Below are positions 48,572 to 63,395 of a DNA stretch of 64,000 nt, one piece after another (positions within the stretch are counted from its first letter, which is position 1; every line of letters begins with the position of its first letter). This DNA comes from Octopus vulgaris (Eukaryota), in the NCBI GenBank assembly GCA_951406725.2, contig OX597827.1:33976001-34040000 (forward strand), read 5' to 3'. The notes under the pieces were generated by a model. The model was given only the letters and a program-made list of their open reading frames with translations, searched no databases and was not told the origin of the DNA. The position numbers were made by a program, and so were the translations under genes.

Positions 48572-51500
48572 ATTCTATTATTGGTCACAAGGGCTTACAT
48601 AAAACAACATGAAATGACAAGACAGTACGATACAACGGGTTTTAAAAACGTGTAAACAAAAATAACAATTACAATTAAACAAATAAAACTCCCAATAGGG
48701 GGGAAGTTCTTTAAGGCTACTGGTTGGAAAAGACCCCCACAAAACCACGGTTGGCCTGACCAACAGAGTAAGAGCCTTCTCATTTTTTTTCTTTTTCACA
48801 GGCGCATATTCAAGATAGATCCTTTCACACTAACTATTTTCCAACATTCACTCACCTTTCAACAAACTTCCTAGGAGATAACACTTCCCTCTCCAACCTC
48901 ACTTTCCTTTTGAAGCAAAACTTGAAAAAGTTGATGAGGGCTTGGCCAAAGAGGAAAGTATATGTCTTCGCCCACTTTCAAGTGTGTCCACCAACAACCT
49001 TTTTCGCTACAGTAACCAGACAAATGAAAATTGCCAGTCCCTCCCAGCTGAAGGAGGGTGGCGGGTCAATCCTCACTATAGATTCAGTCGATAGCTGGAT
49101 CCGATTCAGTCTATCGCTGGATCCGTCCTACACGTGACAGCAGGTGTTCGACATAAACCCTCAGGTCAGCAATGTTCGGACACTGGAAGAGTGCGTGCAG
49201 AACAGTTTGGGCGCTCTGCGCGCACCTCGGAGAGACTCGGCTGACGACACTTCCGTGCCTGTAAAGCTTATCTCGAGCAGATAGCCCCCCCCCCTTCCGG
49301 TAGCCCTGCCAGAAGTTATCCATAGGCACCTGCCCCTAGTAAGCTAATCATCGTTGACGCCCAGAGTTTCCTCAAGAACGGCGTCGCACTTTCACTCCAT
49401 TAGCCCTCGATAGAACACTAGAGTGGTACTACCACCGACTGCATTACCTGACCTGCAGATAACTGCGAGCGCTTGACGACACTCGAGGTGCCAAGTTCCC
49501 CGCCTAGGTCTGTGCATAATACAGTATTGTAGCTCTGGCAAAGAGACGAGCTGTGAGAGAACCAGTCTAAGGAGCGGCGACCACACATGTTCACCGTCAA
49601 GGAAACGCTGGAGATACTGCAGACTGAGCTCATACCTGCGCATCAGTAACCACAGCATGCCCAAGCTCTCGTTGAGCGGCTGTTGACTGCAGATGGAGCG
49701 TCTGACCAGCGGAAGGTACCCTTCCACAGAAAGTAGAAGAGTAAGCACACCAGCTTCGGCAGCCAACAAATGGGGCAAGGGACGACGATGCGATGTACAC
49801 ATTCGCCACCTCATCTCAGCCTTTCAGGACAGCTTCCTCTCTGCCCATTTCTGGGCTAGATTGGCCACCCTGCTCGTAACTTCGTCCAGCTTTTCTCCAT
49901 CTGGAGGTCCGGACCTAACCAGACCCCGAGCAATTTAACCGGGCCGTCTGTCCAGCGTCCCACGACGCTGTTGGACGTCTTGGACATGCCTCTCCAGGTT
50001 CCGAGCTGCAAGCCCACTGATTTTTCCGCGTTAATCTTTGCTCCAGACACCGTTTCATATTCTTTTTGTGTCGCGCTTATCAGGTTTATGTTCCTGTGGC
50101 TCGACACTATGACGATGACATCGTCGACATAAACCTTCACGGTTCTCCTACATCCTAAATCTTGCGGGACGCCCCTCAACACTTCCAGTTTCCAAGAGTC
50201 AGTATGTACAGAAGAGACGAGAGTGGACACCTTGACGGATCGAACGCAAGATGCTGAAAGGTTCTGACAGCTGACCATTCTCCTGTACTACCGAGCAGAT
50301 GCCGCTATAGAAAGTAGCGATCCAACTACAGAAAACTGGACCGAAACCGGCCGCTGTGAGAACAGTCGCTAAATATTGGTGGTCGACTCTATCGAAGGCT
50401 GTAAGTTGATCTAAATTGATTAGAGCCCCGCCCATGCCAGCTTCGTTTCCCACCTTCTCTATGATGTAGCGCAGGAGGTGAAGGTTGTCGTGGATAGTCC
50501 TTCTTGGTATGGCGCATGTTTGCGCATCGCCAATCAGCTTCTCCACGACAAGCGCCAACCTCTTGTCTAACAAATGGGTCAAAATCTTCAACTCTGCATC
50601 GAGCAGAGTGATGAGCCTGAAATTTTCTATAACTTCCTCCTTGCTTGAGATCTTTCTCAGCAGTGCCACCACCTCTCGACAAACAAAAGTTGGAATTATC
50701 CCATTCTGTTACAAGTTGCGCTAAGAGGCTCGCAAACAAGTCTGGCATAGAACAATAAAGTTCACAGTGTAGGCCATCCAAACCCGGCGATCTGCCTCTC
50801 GTGCAGCTCTTCATCGAATCCCGTACTTCCGCGGCTGTTATCGGTCTTTCACAACACTCTGCCTCACCCGCCGTGAGTTGCAGTAGGCCGTCCAGGTAGA
50901 CACCGAAATCTGCCTTGCTATCCGTCCTACCACGTGTCCCAAACAGTCGAGCAGAGTGCTGCTGGAAATCCGCACACATCTGCCTCGGCTCAAGCATTAC
51001 GCGCCCATTTTGGTCTGCCAAAGAATGAATGGTGGCTTTGTTTCCACGTTTGTCTCCACCATTTTGGCCCATCCAGTGGTTTTCGTTCTCTCCCTGCTTA
51101 GAGTACGTTCTTTAGCTCTGACATCACAACCTAAGTGTTTGACGTCAAAGTATTGATCGAGGACCAATCTCGCCGCCAACACGTCAATTGCGATGCCTTT
51201 TCTGAGTGCCTCATCTAACTAAATCTTCCTTTAACCTATTTCTTGTTATCGATAAGGCCGTATTAAACCTAATGGATTCTACTCTAATTGCCCTTTTAAG
51301 AGCAAACCACATGTTGTTGTTGACGACTACCCCCGTCAATGCCCACTTAATTAATACGCTAATCTGGTCTCTGTAAGCCTGGCACGCCGGGAGCGACGTG
51401 TCCAGCTGCCACTATCTGGGGCCCTGTCTACGAAGTCTATTTAAATTGACCTTACAGATCACAAATTTGTGTAGATGACCCGATGCGGTTTGTCCAAGTC

Positions 51501-52750
51501 CACATTGGCACATTCGGGTAATCTAATCGGTACCTTCCAGACAGTTGAAAACGCCTGAGCATTTTGTGAGGCTTTTGCACCCGCCTCTCCTATCAGATAG
51601 CCAAACGTCCATTAAAGACAACTGTTCCAATCCCCTACTAACACTATAGTTGTTCGAGACGTTCCCAGGAAAGCTTCCAGACGCCTGAAATAATCTGACC
51701 GCCTTGCTCTTGTCGGAGCATAAGTAACCACCAGTCTGAAGGCTCCATCGTTACTGCTGCTCACATCCAGGACCACCAAAGAACCTTCCGGATCCAAGAA
51801 GATTACCTTTATTTTCAGATCCAGGCATTTCCGGAATAACACCGCAGTACCACCACCGACACAAATATAGGTAGATCTCGTAACCACCGAAAAGGGGCTT
51901 GAAGGCCTGCAGGCCGGAAAGTCTGGATTACGCTAATGGCTGCTACATCTACACCATGTGACCTTAGGCCGTTTAAAAGGTGTCCTTATTTCCAAGGCGA
52001 CCCGAGGCCACAGGCGTTCAAACAATCCACTGTGAGCACGGCCATGCTGAAAAAGTTATACTAGAAGAGAGCGCTACTTACCGCTGTTTTCTGGTGGTGT
52101 TGTCTCTTTGTTTTTGAATAGGTATTTCCACGAGCAGATTTTTGAAAAATCTTTTGGAAATGTTTTTCTGAAACTGCCCAACAGCTTCGGGGTAATTTGA
52201 TTTTATTGTATTGTATGTGTGTTGTGATATTTTAAAAATGTGTATGTGTGGTGGTGGTGTGTTGCTTGTCGGGAAAACATATTTTATTGTGATGTCTGTG
52301 TGATCTCTTCAATGGTTCATGAGTTCGATGTTATTTGTGTTTATGGCTATCAGGTTGGTAATGTTTGTGAAATCTGTTGGTGTTGGGATTTGAGTTCTTG
52401 TCTGTGTTTGTGGATGAGGCTGGTGAATATGGTGTTGGTATTGTTGCTGTGTGTTGTGGTTGTGCGTTGCTGCTGTTGGTAAGTTCAGCTTCTTTAAGCC
52501 TTCCCCTTCTTTCTTTTATTAGTTCTGCAGTTTTCTTCGCTTTTGCTGGGGACTGTATGGAATTCCTCCTTTTCGACCTCAGTGCTTAAAAGGTTTGAGT
52601 TTTCCTGGTCGAGAAGAGGAATGTCTTGAGGGTCACTGCTTGATGTTACACTTGGTGGAACTGCATCTGCCAGTGCTGCTGCTGCTGGTACTGCGGCTGA
52701 TGTTGAGGTTGCATTGTCATCTGTTGCTGCTGCTGCTATTGGTGGTGCAG

Positions 52751-52784
<34 letters not shown>

Positions 52785-54210
52785 GATGGCGTTGACGGTG
52801 AAAGTGATGTTATTGTTGTTGGTTGTGTGTGTGTGTTGCTGCTGTAGGGAAGTTCAGCTTGTTTGCGCCTCCACTTTTTCTAATACTTCTTCAGTTCAGT
52901 TTTTCTCTCTTTTTTTTTGGTGAGGGGGGCACTGTGTGCTACCCTCCCCACTCTCGACCAGTCCGAGTTGGTTGGGTCGGGAAGGTAATGTTTTGTGGGT
53001 CCTGGACTTGTTGTGGAAGTTCATTTGTTACTGGTATTTCTATTGGTGGTGGTGGTAGTAGTCCCATGGATGCCGAGGCTTTTGGTATTGAAGCCTCAAT
53101 GGTGGTGGTGGTGGTGGTGGTGGTACCAGTGCTGCCCTTGGTGGATCGATCGCTGGTCCCTGCTACTGCTGCACCTGCTGTTGGTGCGTGGAGGTGGCAC
53201 TGACACTGGTGTTGGTAGTAGTGCTGGCCGTTCATCTCTTCTCCTTCTGGGGCAAGAGACCTTGAAGTTGTTCTTGTCACCACAGAGGTAACATCTCGGA
53301 CTCCAGCCCTTTACGGCCACGTGTAGTTTTGTGCCGTCCGGCAGACTGATCGAATAGGCCATGAGCTCAATGCTCTCTTGTTTCAATTGGATTAAAAGCT
53401 CCATTCCCTGACCCGACCAAATTTGTTGGTGCAACTTGTGCACCTCCAGTTTTGTGGCGGTGTCCTTTATATCTATGAGGACTGCCTCCACCAGCCAGTA
53501 TATATTTATTTCTGGGGGCACCTCCCCAATTTTTATTTTTTGTTACGCGCCGAACAAGTTACGTCTTGATCTTTTAGTGGCACTGTTGAAGGGTGTCTTG
53601 CTTCTTGCTCTGTTGTGAAACGCACCTACACAGTGCCGAAACGTTTCCCTCTCGTTACGTGCGTTTTTACATTCCGTTCTGACTTAAGTATTAGTTCAAG
53701 TTGCTCTTGTGTTGCTTGTTCTATTCTTTTTTGTGTGTGTCTATTCTTTTTTGTTTGTTTGTGTCTCTAATTATATCATTTGATGTATTTATCGCTATAT
53801 TGTTCCTGTTTTTCCACTGCTACATTGTTTCCATTGTAACATTTAGGTTTTCCTTAATTTGCCTCGCTGCCGAGGTGGAACCGTTGACATGGCTTCTTGC
53901 TGCTGTTGTTCATGTGGTGGTGGCAATGTCAATGTAATTCTCTTCTGATTTCTTTCTTCTTTCCCCTCTTCCTCCTTCTCTCGTGCAGGAACAGTAGTGG
54001 TGGTGAGGGCGGGGAAGTCTTTGTCGAACTGGCTGTTCAACATCCGGATCTCACTCCCTCGCTCAGTCACCATTGTCTTTTTTTCTTTTTTTTTCTTCTA
54101 AAATTTTCGAAAAAAATGCGCGTGTTCAGCCCTCAAAAGGGACACTTTTCCGACAAAAACAGAAACACTAATACAACCCTGCAAAACACCTGAAAAATAG
54201 CTTCAAAAAA
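48572..54210 (-). mobile_element. Near full-length decayed Tx1/L1-clade LINE (ORF1 zinc knuckle; ORF2 APE endonuclease, RT, CCHC)
   Basis: EN: LNACGL..GGGTAVLF..YAP..VGDWN. RT: RSPGLDGL, NFRLITLLDAELKIL, AFDRVDH, IRQG, YVDD. C-terminus: PRC..TVLHALFQCP. Confidence 0.92.
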
Positions 54211-54666
54211 TCTGGCTATGATGCCCCCCCACTACTTCTGCTTGTGATCAGAGTATTTTAAATTTCCTTTAAAATAACTTGGAAAACTTACATATCAGTT
54301 TTCTCTGGCCGAACACACAAACGATCATCTTTAAAAACTTTAATATCCACAACTTTTTGTAAATATTTATCCTTTTCTTTCTCCCTGAATATTCGGTAAT
54401 GTAAACATCCTTTTTATTGCAAACGATCATCTTTAGAAATTTTGAAATTTTAATATCTATAATTTTCTGTGAAAATTTAATCCTTCTTTTCTCCCTGACT
54501 ACTCGAATATGTAAACATACCTTTTATTGCAACAACACTATTAAACATACGATAAAACTTAAGGAAATTAACAACTGCCAATATATACAAACTGCGCAAT
54601 TACGAAAACTGTAAACCACAGCAAAGCCCATAAAAAGAAAAGAAAAAGTCAACGATGTCAATATCA

Positions 54667-54734
<68 letters not shown>

Positions 54735-55392
54735 TGTTAAAAATTTTCTATCAGTAATTAAAACAGAACAAGGTGAGTTGGTTCTTTGCAAGGCCAAGAT
54801 CAGCGATCTCATTGATCGCTAGTAGTAGTAAACACATTTGACCTCTGCTGATCGCTTCTTGTGTTTCCTGATGCACAGGAATGCGAAGCCCCATTGTTGA
54901 TCTCCTTTTCATCCTCTGCCGAACCTATTTACAGACTTGTAGAATTTGGTCTATTCACTAAGCTGCTTCTCTTTCTCCTACTACCCACTCTAACCCTCAC
55001 ATATTTATGATTTTCTCAAGTACAAAACAAAAGTCGAAACTAAACAACTTTTAAGAATACTATACAGTAGTAGGAGCAAAGATGGCAGGCTTAAAAAAAT
55101 AACGGTTATACTGTCACCATAGTTACTAAGGTTAACCACAGCGATACAAATCAAGGCATTATTAGAGGTAACTAACGATAAACAAAGCTGTAATGGCAAG
55201 GTTAAAGTAACTGTAATGGTATTAATGGCGGAGTTGTGGTAGAGACAACGACCGTCTCTACACCTACGCTATCATTCACTGGCACAAACTCTTCTCTGAA
55301 TACGAATCTGGGTGGTTAGTTGAACGGGAACTGCCACAATTCGAGCCCAAGTTCACCACCACACCCACCACTGAAGGAAAAATATAAAAGGA

Positions 55393-55502
55393 TCAAATGA
55401 ACCCGAGAAGAGTACGCCTATTACTATGCATTAGGTAGGCCAACTGAAGAGATGACCTACCTAATGCATAGTAATAGGCGTGCTCTTCTTGGGTTCATTT
55501 GA
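55393..55502. repeat. Hairpin, 47-bp arms, 16-nt loop
   Basis: TCAAATGAACCC..CATTAGGTAGG versus CCTACCTAATG..GGGTTCATTTGA, two mismatches seen. Confidence 0.95.
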
Positions 55503-55659
55503 CTGCATGACCGCAGTCAAAAGACTGAAACAAGTAAAAGAATTAAAAAATACAATCATACACCCACACACATAATATACATATATCAACAGGCATGTGT
55601 ATATATATTTTTTAATATTATTATTAATCGCACTCTGTATATATATAATCATCATCATC

Positions 55660-55691
<32 letters not shown>

Positions 55692-55692
<1 letters not shown>

Positions 55693-56010
55693 GAGTGAGA
55701 GAGCAGTGCATGCCATCAAGTGACACTGGGGTAAAATATACGAAGCCTAGTATACCCATCATGACTACCCGTCTGATAAGAGTACACTAGGCACATGCAT
55801 CACAACCATATGTGCGCGACATGGTGATCTCATATCAAGATAAACAGCACATAACTGGTGAGGCCCAGTTAGAATTTTCTTCCGGTCGAGTAGCCCATCC
55901 CACTCAAAAGGTCTCTGAATAAGGATTGTTTAAGAATGTTGAACGAAACACCCATGTTTCCAGAGGTGAATTATTCAAACCCCAAAGAATCCCTCTTAAC
56001 ATAGGCTACT
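55692..56010. mobile_element. Partial reverse copy of the ~560-bp (TAA)n-associated repeat
   Basis: Reverse complement of about 10360-10680, starting right after (ATT)n. Confidence 0.85.
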
Positions 56011-56281
56011 CACTGACGAACCTTGCCTGGGCAAACATATTCTGTATGTTTTGCTAGAAAGAGGTAGAAACTGATCAGTCTGGGATACATCTATAATGGT
56101 AAATATTTTTGATTTTCATTCCTTTGATGAATTTATCCCTCTTTGTGTTTCTAGCACTTGCTTCCTTATTTGGGAGCCTTTATTATATTTATATACGAAA
56201 AATATATTGTCTAATGAGTAATTCGTCTTTTGTGCTAGGCCACTGGTAATAATAACTTATGTTATTACCCTTTTTAATTAT

Positions 56282-56341
<60 letters not shown>

Positions 56342-56634
56342 GATGAGCTTCTTTCAGCTCATGATAGTAAATTCGCGAGCTCAATTCTCGGCGATGCGTT
56401 GTGTCCTTGAGCAAGACACCTTATTTCACGTTGCTCCAGTTCACTCAGCAGGCGAAAATGAGTAGTGACTGTATTTCAAAGGGCCGGCCTTGTCACACTC
56501 TGTGTCACGCTGAATCTCCTTGTGTCTCCGGAGTGCTCAGTCACATGCACATTAATTTCAGGAGTAGGCTGCTCCATTGATCGGATCAACTGGAACCCAC
56601 GTCGTTGTAACCGACGGAGAGCCAGATGTAGCTA

Positions 56635-56679
<45 letters not shown>

Positions 56680-56902
56680 ACTCTTTTACTCTTTTACTTG
56701 TTTCAGTCATTTTGACTGTGGCCATGCTGGAGCACTGCCTTTAGTCAAGCAAATCGACCCTGGGACTTATTCTTTGTAAGCCCAGTACTTATTCTATCGA
56801 TCTATTTTGCCGAACCGCTAAGTGATGGGGACGTAAACACACCAGCATCGGTTGTCAAGCAATGCTAGAGGGACAAACACAGACGCACAAATGTGTACAT
56901 AC

Positions 56903-56984
<82 letters not shown>

Positions 56985-57140
56985 GGCTTCTTTCAGTTTC
57001 CGTCTACCAAATCCACTCACAAGGCTTTGGTCGGCCCGAGGCTATAGCAGAAGACACTTGCCCAAGATGCCATGCAGTGGGACTGAACCCGGAACCATGT
57101 GGCTGGTTAGCAAGCTACTTACCACACAGCCACTCCTGCA
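56680..57140 (-). mobile_element. tRNA-derived SINE, family 2
   Basis: Colinear with 16505-16898. Confidence 0.9.
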
Positions 57141-58189
57141 CCTATACTTACCACATATATATATATATATATTACATACATACACACATACACACATATG
57201 CATGTGTGTGTATGTGTGTGTGTGTGTGTAATATTATATCATATTATAGTGTGTGTTTATAAAAAAGAATTACGTGTTTAAGAATTCGAAATTGGCCGAG
57301 GTGTCAGTTCCCTCCTGATAATAACACCCACACACGCATGCGCGCACGCTCGCATACGTACTTGTATATAAAAGCACAATTCTTCTCTCGTATAACTGGA
57401 CAAACACGTATAATTGGACAATAACTTCAAGCTATAAAACCTTTTTAAGAACCTGTAAGTCTTGTTTTCTTTAATCTCCTCATACATACATGTATTACAT
57501 ATTTACGTTAATGTATATATATATAAGCCAACTTTTAGAATAGCTGTCCCCCATAAGTTCCAATTTTTCCCTTTTTGTTTGTTTGTTTGTTTACATAACG
57601 CATCTTTAAAGAATGGGAAGAAACATTTTCTAAAAACACAATTCTTTTTCATTCATAACATTTAAACGTTTACTCCATCCCCTCCTCATGCCTTAACAAC
57701 AGTTACCAGCATTAAATTTTTTCCCCTCATGTTATAGTATTTCATATTCTGAAACGTGTATTCTGCACTTTTAGGGCCAAAAAAAAAAATCATGTTTTAA
57801 ATGTCGCCTCTTATCATCATGCCTTTTAAATGTCGCCCTTATCATCATGCCTTTGATACAACAACCATCACTAAAAAGATTTTTTAAAAATTTTCCTTAT
57901 TTTTCGACATTTTAAAAAAATATTCTGAAAACTTGTTATTCACGTTAAAAATTCTTACTCCTCTCCCTTTTCAATGTATTTTTCACGATTGAAATGAATT
58001 TTTCTGTTTCGGTTTCGTTATTTTTTTTTATATTGTAAATGAAACCTTTTTGTTTTTCTTTACGACATAAAAATTAAATTAAGAGAAGACAAGAATATAT
58101 TAACACCTATCCTGTTTATAAGAACATAATTCATATAAAATTTAAATTTATTTTTCTCATCTCCCACACAAGACAAATAGAAAAAAATG

Positions 58190-58900
58190 AACGGATATTT
58201 TCGGTTGCTGTCCTGTCACAACCTCACATAATTTTGAAATGTGTATTTTTCTGAACCATTTCAACCTAAATAGAAGTATGATCGCAGCCAACTCGCTTAA
58301 CCTTTCGAATATGATGGAGAAATCGGTAATGGAGGGGCATGTTATCCCTAAAAGAAAATTATGAACAAAAACGATACGATATGAACAAGCAGATGCTTTG
58401 CAGAGAAATTTAGTCAGTGCTCCCGAAAAGGATGCAATGTATGCGTGTCTGTCAGAAAAGATACATGGGTAGGAGGTGGTACCTTTCCTCTTAGGATTGT
58501 TTTTTTTCCTTTCCTCATGGGCCAAGGAATTAACTTCAGTTTGGTTTTGTGTTGAAGAACTGAGGGTGAGCCACTGCACAACTGTTGATTACAACAGTTA
58601 AGCTCTCGAAATATGTGCAGAGGATCTGTTCCGCAATCCAGTTCAAATGGGCGGTTCTTGAGATAAACGAAACAGTATTCTCAGCACGTAAATACAACCA
58701 AAGAATAGTGTGCTTGCTACCTGAACAGTGGGCTTTCGGAGTGCGTTGCGAAACCAGACATGTTTTTCTTTGGTGGTATCATGTCGAAATAGTAACACAC
58801 CAGAAGAATGCATACGTCAGTTGGCTTTTTCAGGAACCACAATTTTCAGTGGCTCGCGGAGGGCCTACACGCACATTCCTGAAATTGATGGTTTTATGTA
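58190..58900 (+). mobile_element. Merlin (ISXO2/IS1595-like) transposase remnant
   Basis: LEINETVFSARKYN..EQWAFG..CETRHVFL..PGTTIFSGSRRAY resembles the VEIDES..RKYNRG..QWVFGG..PGTTI.SD.WRAY pattern. Confidence 0.7.
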
Positions 58901-59051
58901 GTGCAGGAATTACGAAAACTGTAATTTGTTTGAGGAGAAACTCCTACTTCTTATTTCAAACTTTGACATCCGTCAAATTAAATATTTTAAGAGGAATAAT
59001 GGGAAAAGTCTCAAAATTATTAGTTTGAGAAACATAATACGTACTTTAATT

Positions 59052-61760
59052 ATTTCTTTATAAACAACAAGAGTCACACACAAAACAAAGGACAGCATGC
59101 GATTTGCATGTGAACAATTAACAAAATTCTAAACAAGGAAAATTTCCAATTAGGGGAAAACACCATTTCTGAGTGACAGTACCATGCTCGTCACTCTTCC
59201 CATTTCTTGTCAGCCTGGAGATCTGAACCAGACCCCAAGTAATTTAACCTGCCCGTCCTTCAAATGCCCCACTATGCTGTTGGACGGCAAGGACCTGTCT
59301 CTCCACCTGGCAAGCTGGCCTACCGACTTCTGGTAAATTTTTGCTCTTGTCAACACCTCGTAGTTACTCAGAGTAGTGCCAATCACTTCGATGTATTTCG
59401 TGTCTGAGACTGTCACGGTGACGTCATCCCTTTATACAAACACGGATCTTCGGCATCCTAGGTTGCATGAGATGCACCTCGAAACCTCCAACTTTAACAG
59501 AAGTGGTTCCAGAGTCAGTATTTACAAAAGTAGAGTGAGGGTACAGCCTTGACTGACCGAGCACATGATACTAAACGTTTCTGACATTTAGATTCTACCA
59601 CCAAGCAAATGTCTCTGTACATTGCAGCGATCAAGCCTTCTGAAGATGGGTTTCAGCTCAACCACCTTAAGGATAGCTCCCAAATATTGATGGTCGACCC
59701 TATCAAACGCTTTCGACTGATTTAAACTGATCAGATATCCATCCCTGCCAAGTGCTTTACTTACCCTTTCTATGATGTATCGCGTGAGGTGGAGGTTTTT
59801 GTGGATAGATCTGCTTGGTATCACGCATGTCTTTTTGCAGAACAGACAATTCTATCGTTCTTCTACCAGTCACAGATATCTGTCAAGAAAGTCTCCGAAT
59901 AAGCCTGGTGATAAAGATCGTAGGGCAGACCATCCAGTCCTGGCGACTTCATTGCGCAGCCCGTTATCGCTTCCCGTATTTCGTCAGCTGTTATCGTCTT
60001 TTTCGCGGAACTCGCATCCTGAGCGGAGAGCCCCGGCAAGCCATCGTAATAAACGTTAAGTTCACATCTCTAGCTCACCACCAGCTTCAAACAGTTGAGC
60101 GATAGGTACTAAAAATTTATCCACATTTGCTTGGGATAGTGTAGCAAGCGCCGCTCACGATCCGTCAATGTGGTTTTGTTGCCGCGGTGCGCGTCTTGTC
60201 ACATGGACCCACTGAAAGGCTTTCGTTCCCTCATGTTTTAGAGCATGCGCCTTCGCTTCGACAAACAGCCTTCATGCTTAGAGTTGAAGAGTCGGTTTAG
60301 AGCAAATATTGTCGCCAACACGTCAGTTAAAATGTCTTTTCTAGGTGTCTCTTCTACGTTATTAAATAACACCCTCTACTCAAGAATTCTTAACCACTAT
60401 TTCCTTACCAAGCATTATCGATTCTAATCTAATAACTCTTTTCTGGGCTAATACCCATCAGTGGTTGATGATTAACCCATTAATTACTTTTTCGACTAGT
60501 TTTCTAATCTGAGTTCTGTAAAATTGGCGTATCGGGAAAGGCACTTTCAGTTTCTAGTAACCGAGTCCCTGTGTATACAACCTATCTAGGTCGACCGTAT
60601 ATCCGTACAGATCACAAACTTGTGGTGTGTATAGCTGATGACTTTGAATTGTGGACAACTTATGCTACTCCTATCTAATGGCCAACAGAATACACTATCT
60701 AGATAGGATTTGGATGACCCAGTGCTATTTGCCCTTGTCTTCATGGGTGCATTCTGGAAATCCAGTCGGTACTTACTAGTCAGTTGGAAAATTGTGGTTC
60801 CTGGAAGAACCGACTGACATATACATTCCTCTAGTGTGTCGTTATTCCGACATGCGCCTCATAAAGAAAATCATGTCTGGTCTCGCGACGCACTTTTCTG
60901 AAAACCCAATGCTCAGGTAGCAAGCTGTAGAAAACGATTGAGCAGTTTTACACTAACCATCTCCTATCGGCTGTTCCAACACAATCCAGATGTGCATCTG
61001 AAATGTCGTTCCCACGAACACTATGAACGCCATCAAACGACCGAAGAAATTCGTCTGCCCCGCCCCAATTTGGACATACGCAGCGACTGGTGTAAAAGCA
61101 CCACCTTCGCTAACTTTTGCGCCAAGGACCAACAGCTTATTGCCTTGGAAGATTGACCGTCTTTCTAGGACCAGGCTTTTCCGAAACAGTAGCGTCACTT
61201 CGAGTATGAGACGCGAAGATCTCAAAATCGTTCAAATTGGGTGCTGATGTGCATGTCGGAAATACAGGTCTCGCTGACAGCTATCACATCCAAATCTGAT
61301 AATATGAGGTCATTGAGCAGGTGACCCCGCTTCCAGTGTGACTCAAAGCCACGCTCATTTATGGTATCCACTCTTAAGATCGCCATATTGTTTGGAAAGA
61401 AGGCAAAAATACAAGAGGTAACCTATCTTAAAGGTTTTCTGGTAAGCAGAAAATGTGTTTGCTAAATTTCATTTCTTATACGGGGTTTCTTTGGGAAACC
61501 TTGCAAAAACCCTTGTGAGGCCATGAAGTTTGGATTCCTAGCGTCATGTCAGAAGCTCTCATTTCCCTGTAACAACTAATTGGTGCTCATTTTTCCACTG
61601 TTGGACTTTGCCTCGTAATCAATGTATTTTGCAACTCCCTTTCTGCGGGTAAAATGCTGTTTTCATTAGCATTGCTGCTCTTTATGTTGTTTTTCTTAAT
61701 GATAACGATGATATTGTTCTGTCTCTGCTCTCTAATGAAGCTGGTTGTAGAGTGAGGCCT
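59052..61760 (-). mobile_element. Heavily decayed Tx1/L1-like LINE
   Basis: IPSRSIHKNLHLTRYIIERV..SLNQSKAFDRVDHQYL and DGQVKLLGVWF match the 48.6-54.2 kb element. EN start near 61386. Confidence 0.85.
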
Positions 61761-61920
61761 TTACGTTACCTCCTCATTTAAGCAATTTGTGGGCGTTAAC
61801 ACCATCATAATTTCGAACGGAAAATAAAGAGACAATTGCAAAATAAATATTAGTACAATTGTGCTCACTTCATCCAGTGATGCAGGAGTGCTTAATTAAC
61901 TAATGTGTAAATCAATTTCC

Positions 61921-62140
61921 GGATCTTTTCACTTTGACCGGCAGATTTTTAAAATAATTTCTATGTAACTAAAAATTTTAAACTTCGTATACTGGTAGAA
62001 TGTGTTTATAAAACATCTTTTTCTCTTGGCTTTCTTGAGAAAATTCTGTAGGTTGTAACATATTTGTTGTTTAATTTCTTGCATTTCGGGAAATTTCAGC
62101 CAATCAATGACGTCTATTGAGGTGAAAACAATTTCTGCCG
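61921..62140 (+). mobile_element. Single arm related to the foldback element at 63396-64000
   Basis: GGATCTTTTCACTTTGACCGGCAGATTT..CCAATCAATGACGT shared. Confidence 0.8.
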
Positions 62141-62563
62141 TAACGATTCTGCCAGCTCGAGAGAAACGACATCGAAGACCTAACTGGCACTCCGTCGGTT
62201 ACGACAGCAAAGGTTCCAGTTGATCCGATCAACAGAACCACCTCTTTGTTAAATTAAGTTGTAAGTCACTGAGCACTCTACAGACATGTGTACCCTGAAC
62301 GCAGTTCTCAGGGATAGTCAGCGCGACCCAGGATGTGACAGGGTTGACTCTTTGAATTACATGTACAATCCATTTTCACCTGCTGAGTGAACCGGAGCAG
62401 CTTGAAATAAAATGCCTTGCTCAAGGATAAAACACACCGCCAGGAATCGAATTCACGACCTTACGATCTAGATCCGAACACCCTAACTACTAAGCCACAT
62501 GCATTTACTATCAAATATATCGTAAACCTAAATAGCTTATTTATAGAATACTTCGATCTTTAA

Positions 62564-63075
62564 CCCTAGAAAACATTTTAAACAGTTATATAAACACATG
62601 AATGTGACCAGACTGGTCCAACTCAAATTTTCATAAAAAAATATATACAAAACATAAAAAAATTAATTTACATTGTTCAAACACAAAATTGTCTCATCTC
62701 TTTGGCTTTCATTTGCAAAAATATGTTACTTTTGACGACTAATTCAACTCGTTTTCTTTTTACCTGAAGGATAAACCCCGAAAAATTCTGGTGAGTAACT
62801 TGTTTTTTCCTTCTTTTGGATACTGAAATTATTTCTTCAGGTTCTTCAAGTTTTTCAGCCAGCATTTTAAGAAATTCGCGTCTAGATTGAAATTTGCTCT
62901 GTTGTTTCAATTTTGGGTGCTTTCCAATATATAGCTAAAGAAACAAAAACAAAAAAAACACTGTATGCTGCTATATCAATGAGGTTGAAAAACACAGCCA
63001 TTGACCATCTTCGTGTGGCTCGTTTCACCGAATAGTATCTAATCAGCTTGTCAAGTATGTTAACTCCTCCTTTTC
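62564..63075 (-). mobile_element. piggyBac transposase C-terminal remnant with terminus
   Basis: Minus strand KGGVNILDKLIRYYSVKRATRRWSMAVFFNLIDIAAY. Ends at TTAA|CCCT (62560-62567). Confidence 0.8.
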
Positions 63076-63395
63076 ATTCAGGTGGACTGGATTATATCCA
63101 ATGCTTCAAAAGAATTCATATTTTTTCAATTTCAGAGTTATCAAAAATATTTCGGTATATAAATAGGGTAGGGGAACACCTAGATTTTAGAAGTCCTCGA
63201 ACTCGAGAACATGCTTCTTGATATGAATTTATTCTTTTTATCTACAGACTAAAACATATTATTGACAGGACCAGAGCGGTCCAGTCTGTTCCCATTGAAC
63301 TTTAAAGCTCAAACACAAAACGAAAAATCAATGTACAATGATTTAAATTAAACAACTTTTTTATATTAGAAAAATATGGCTTCAACACAAAGGAG

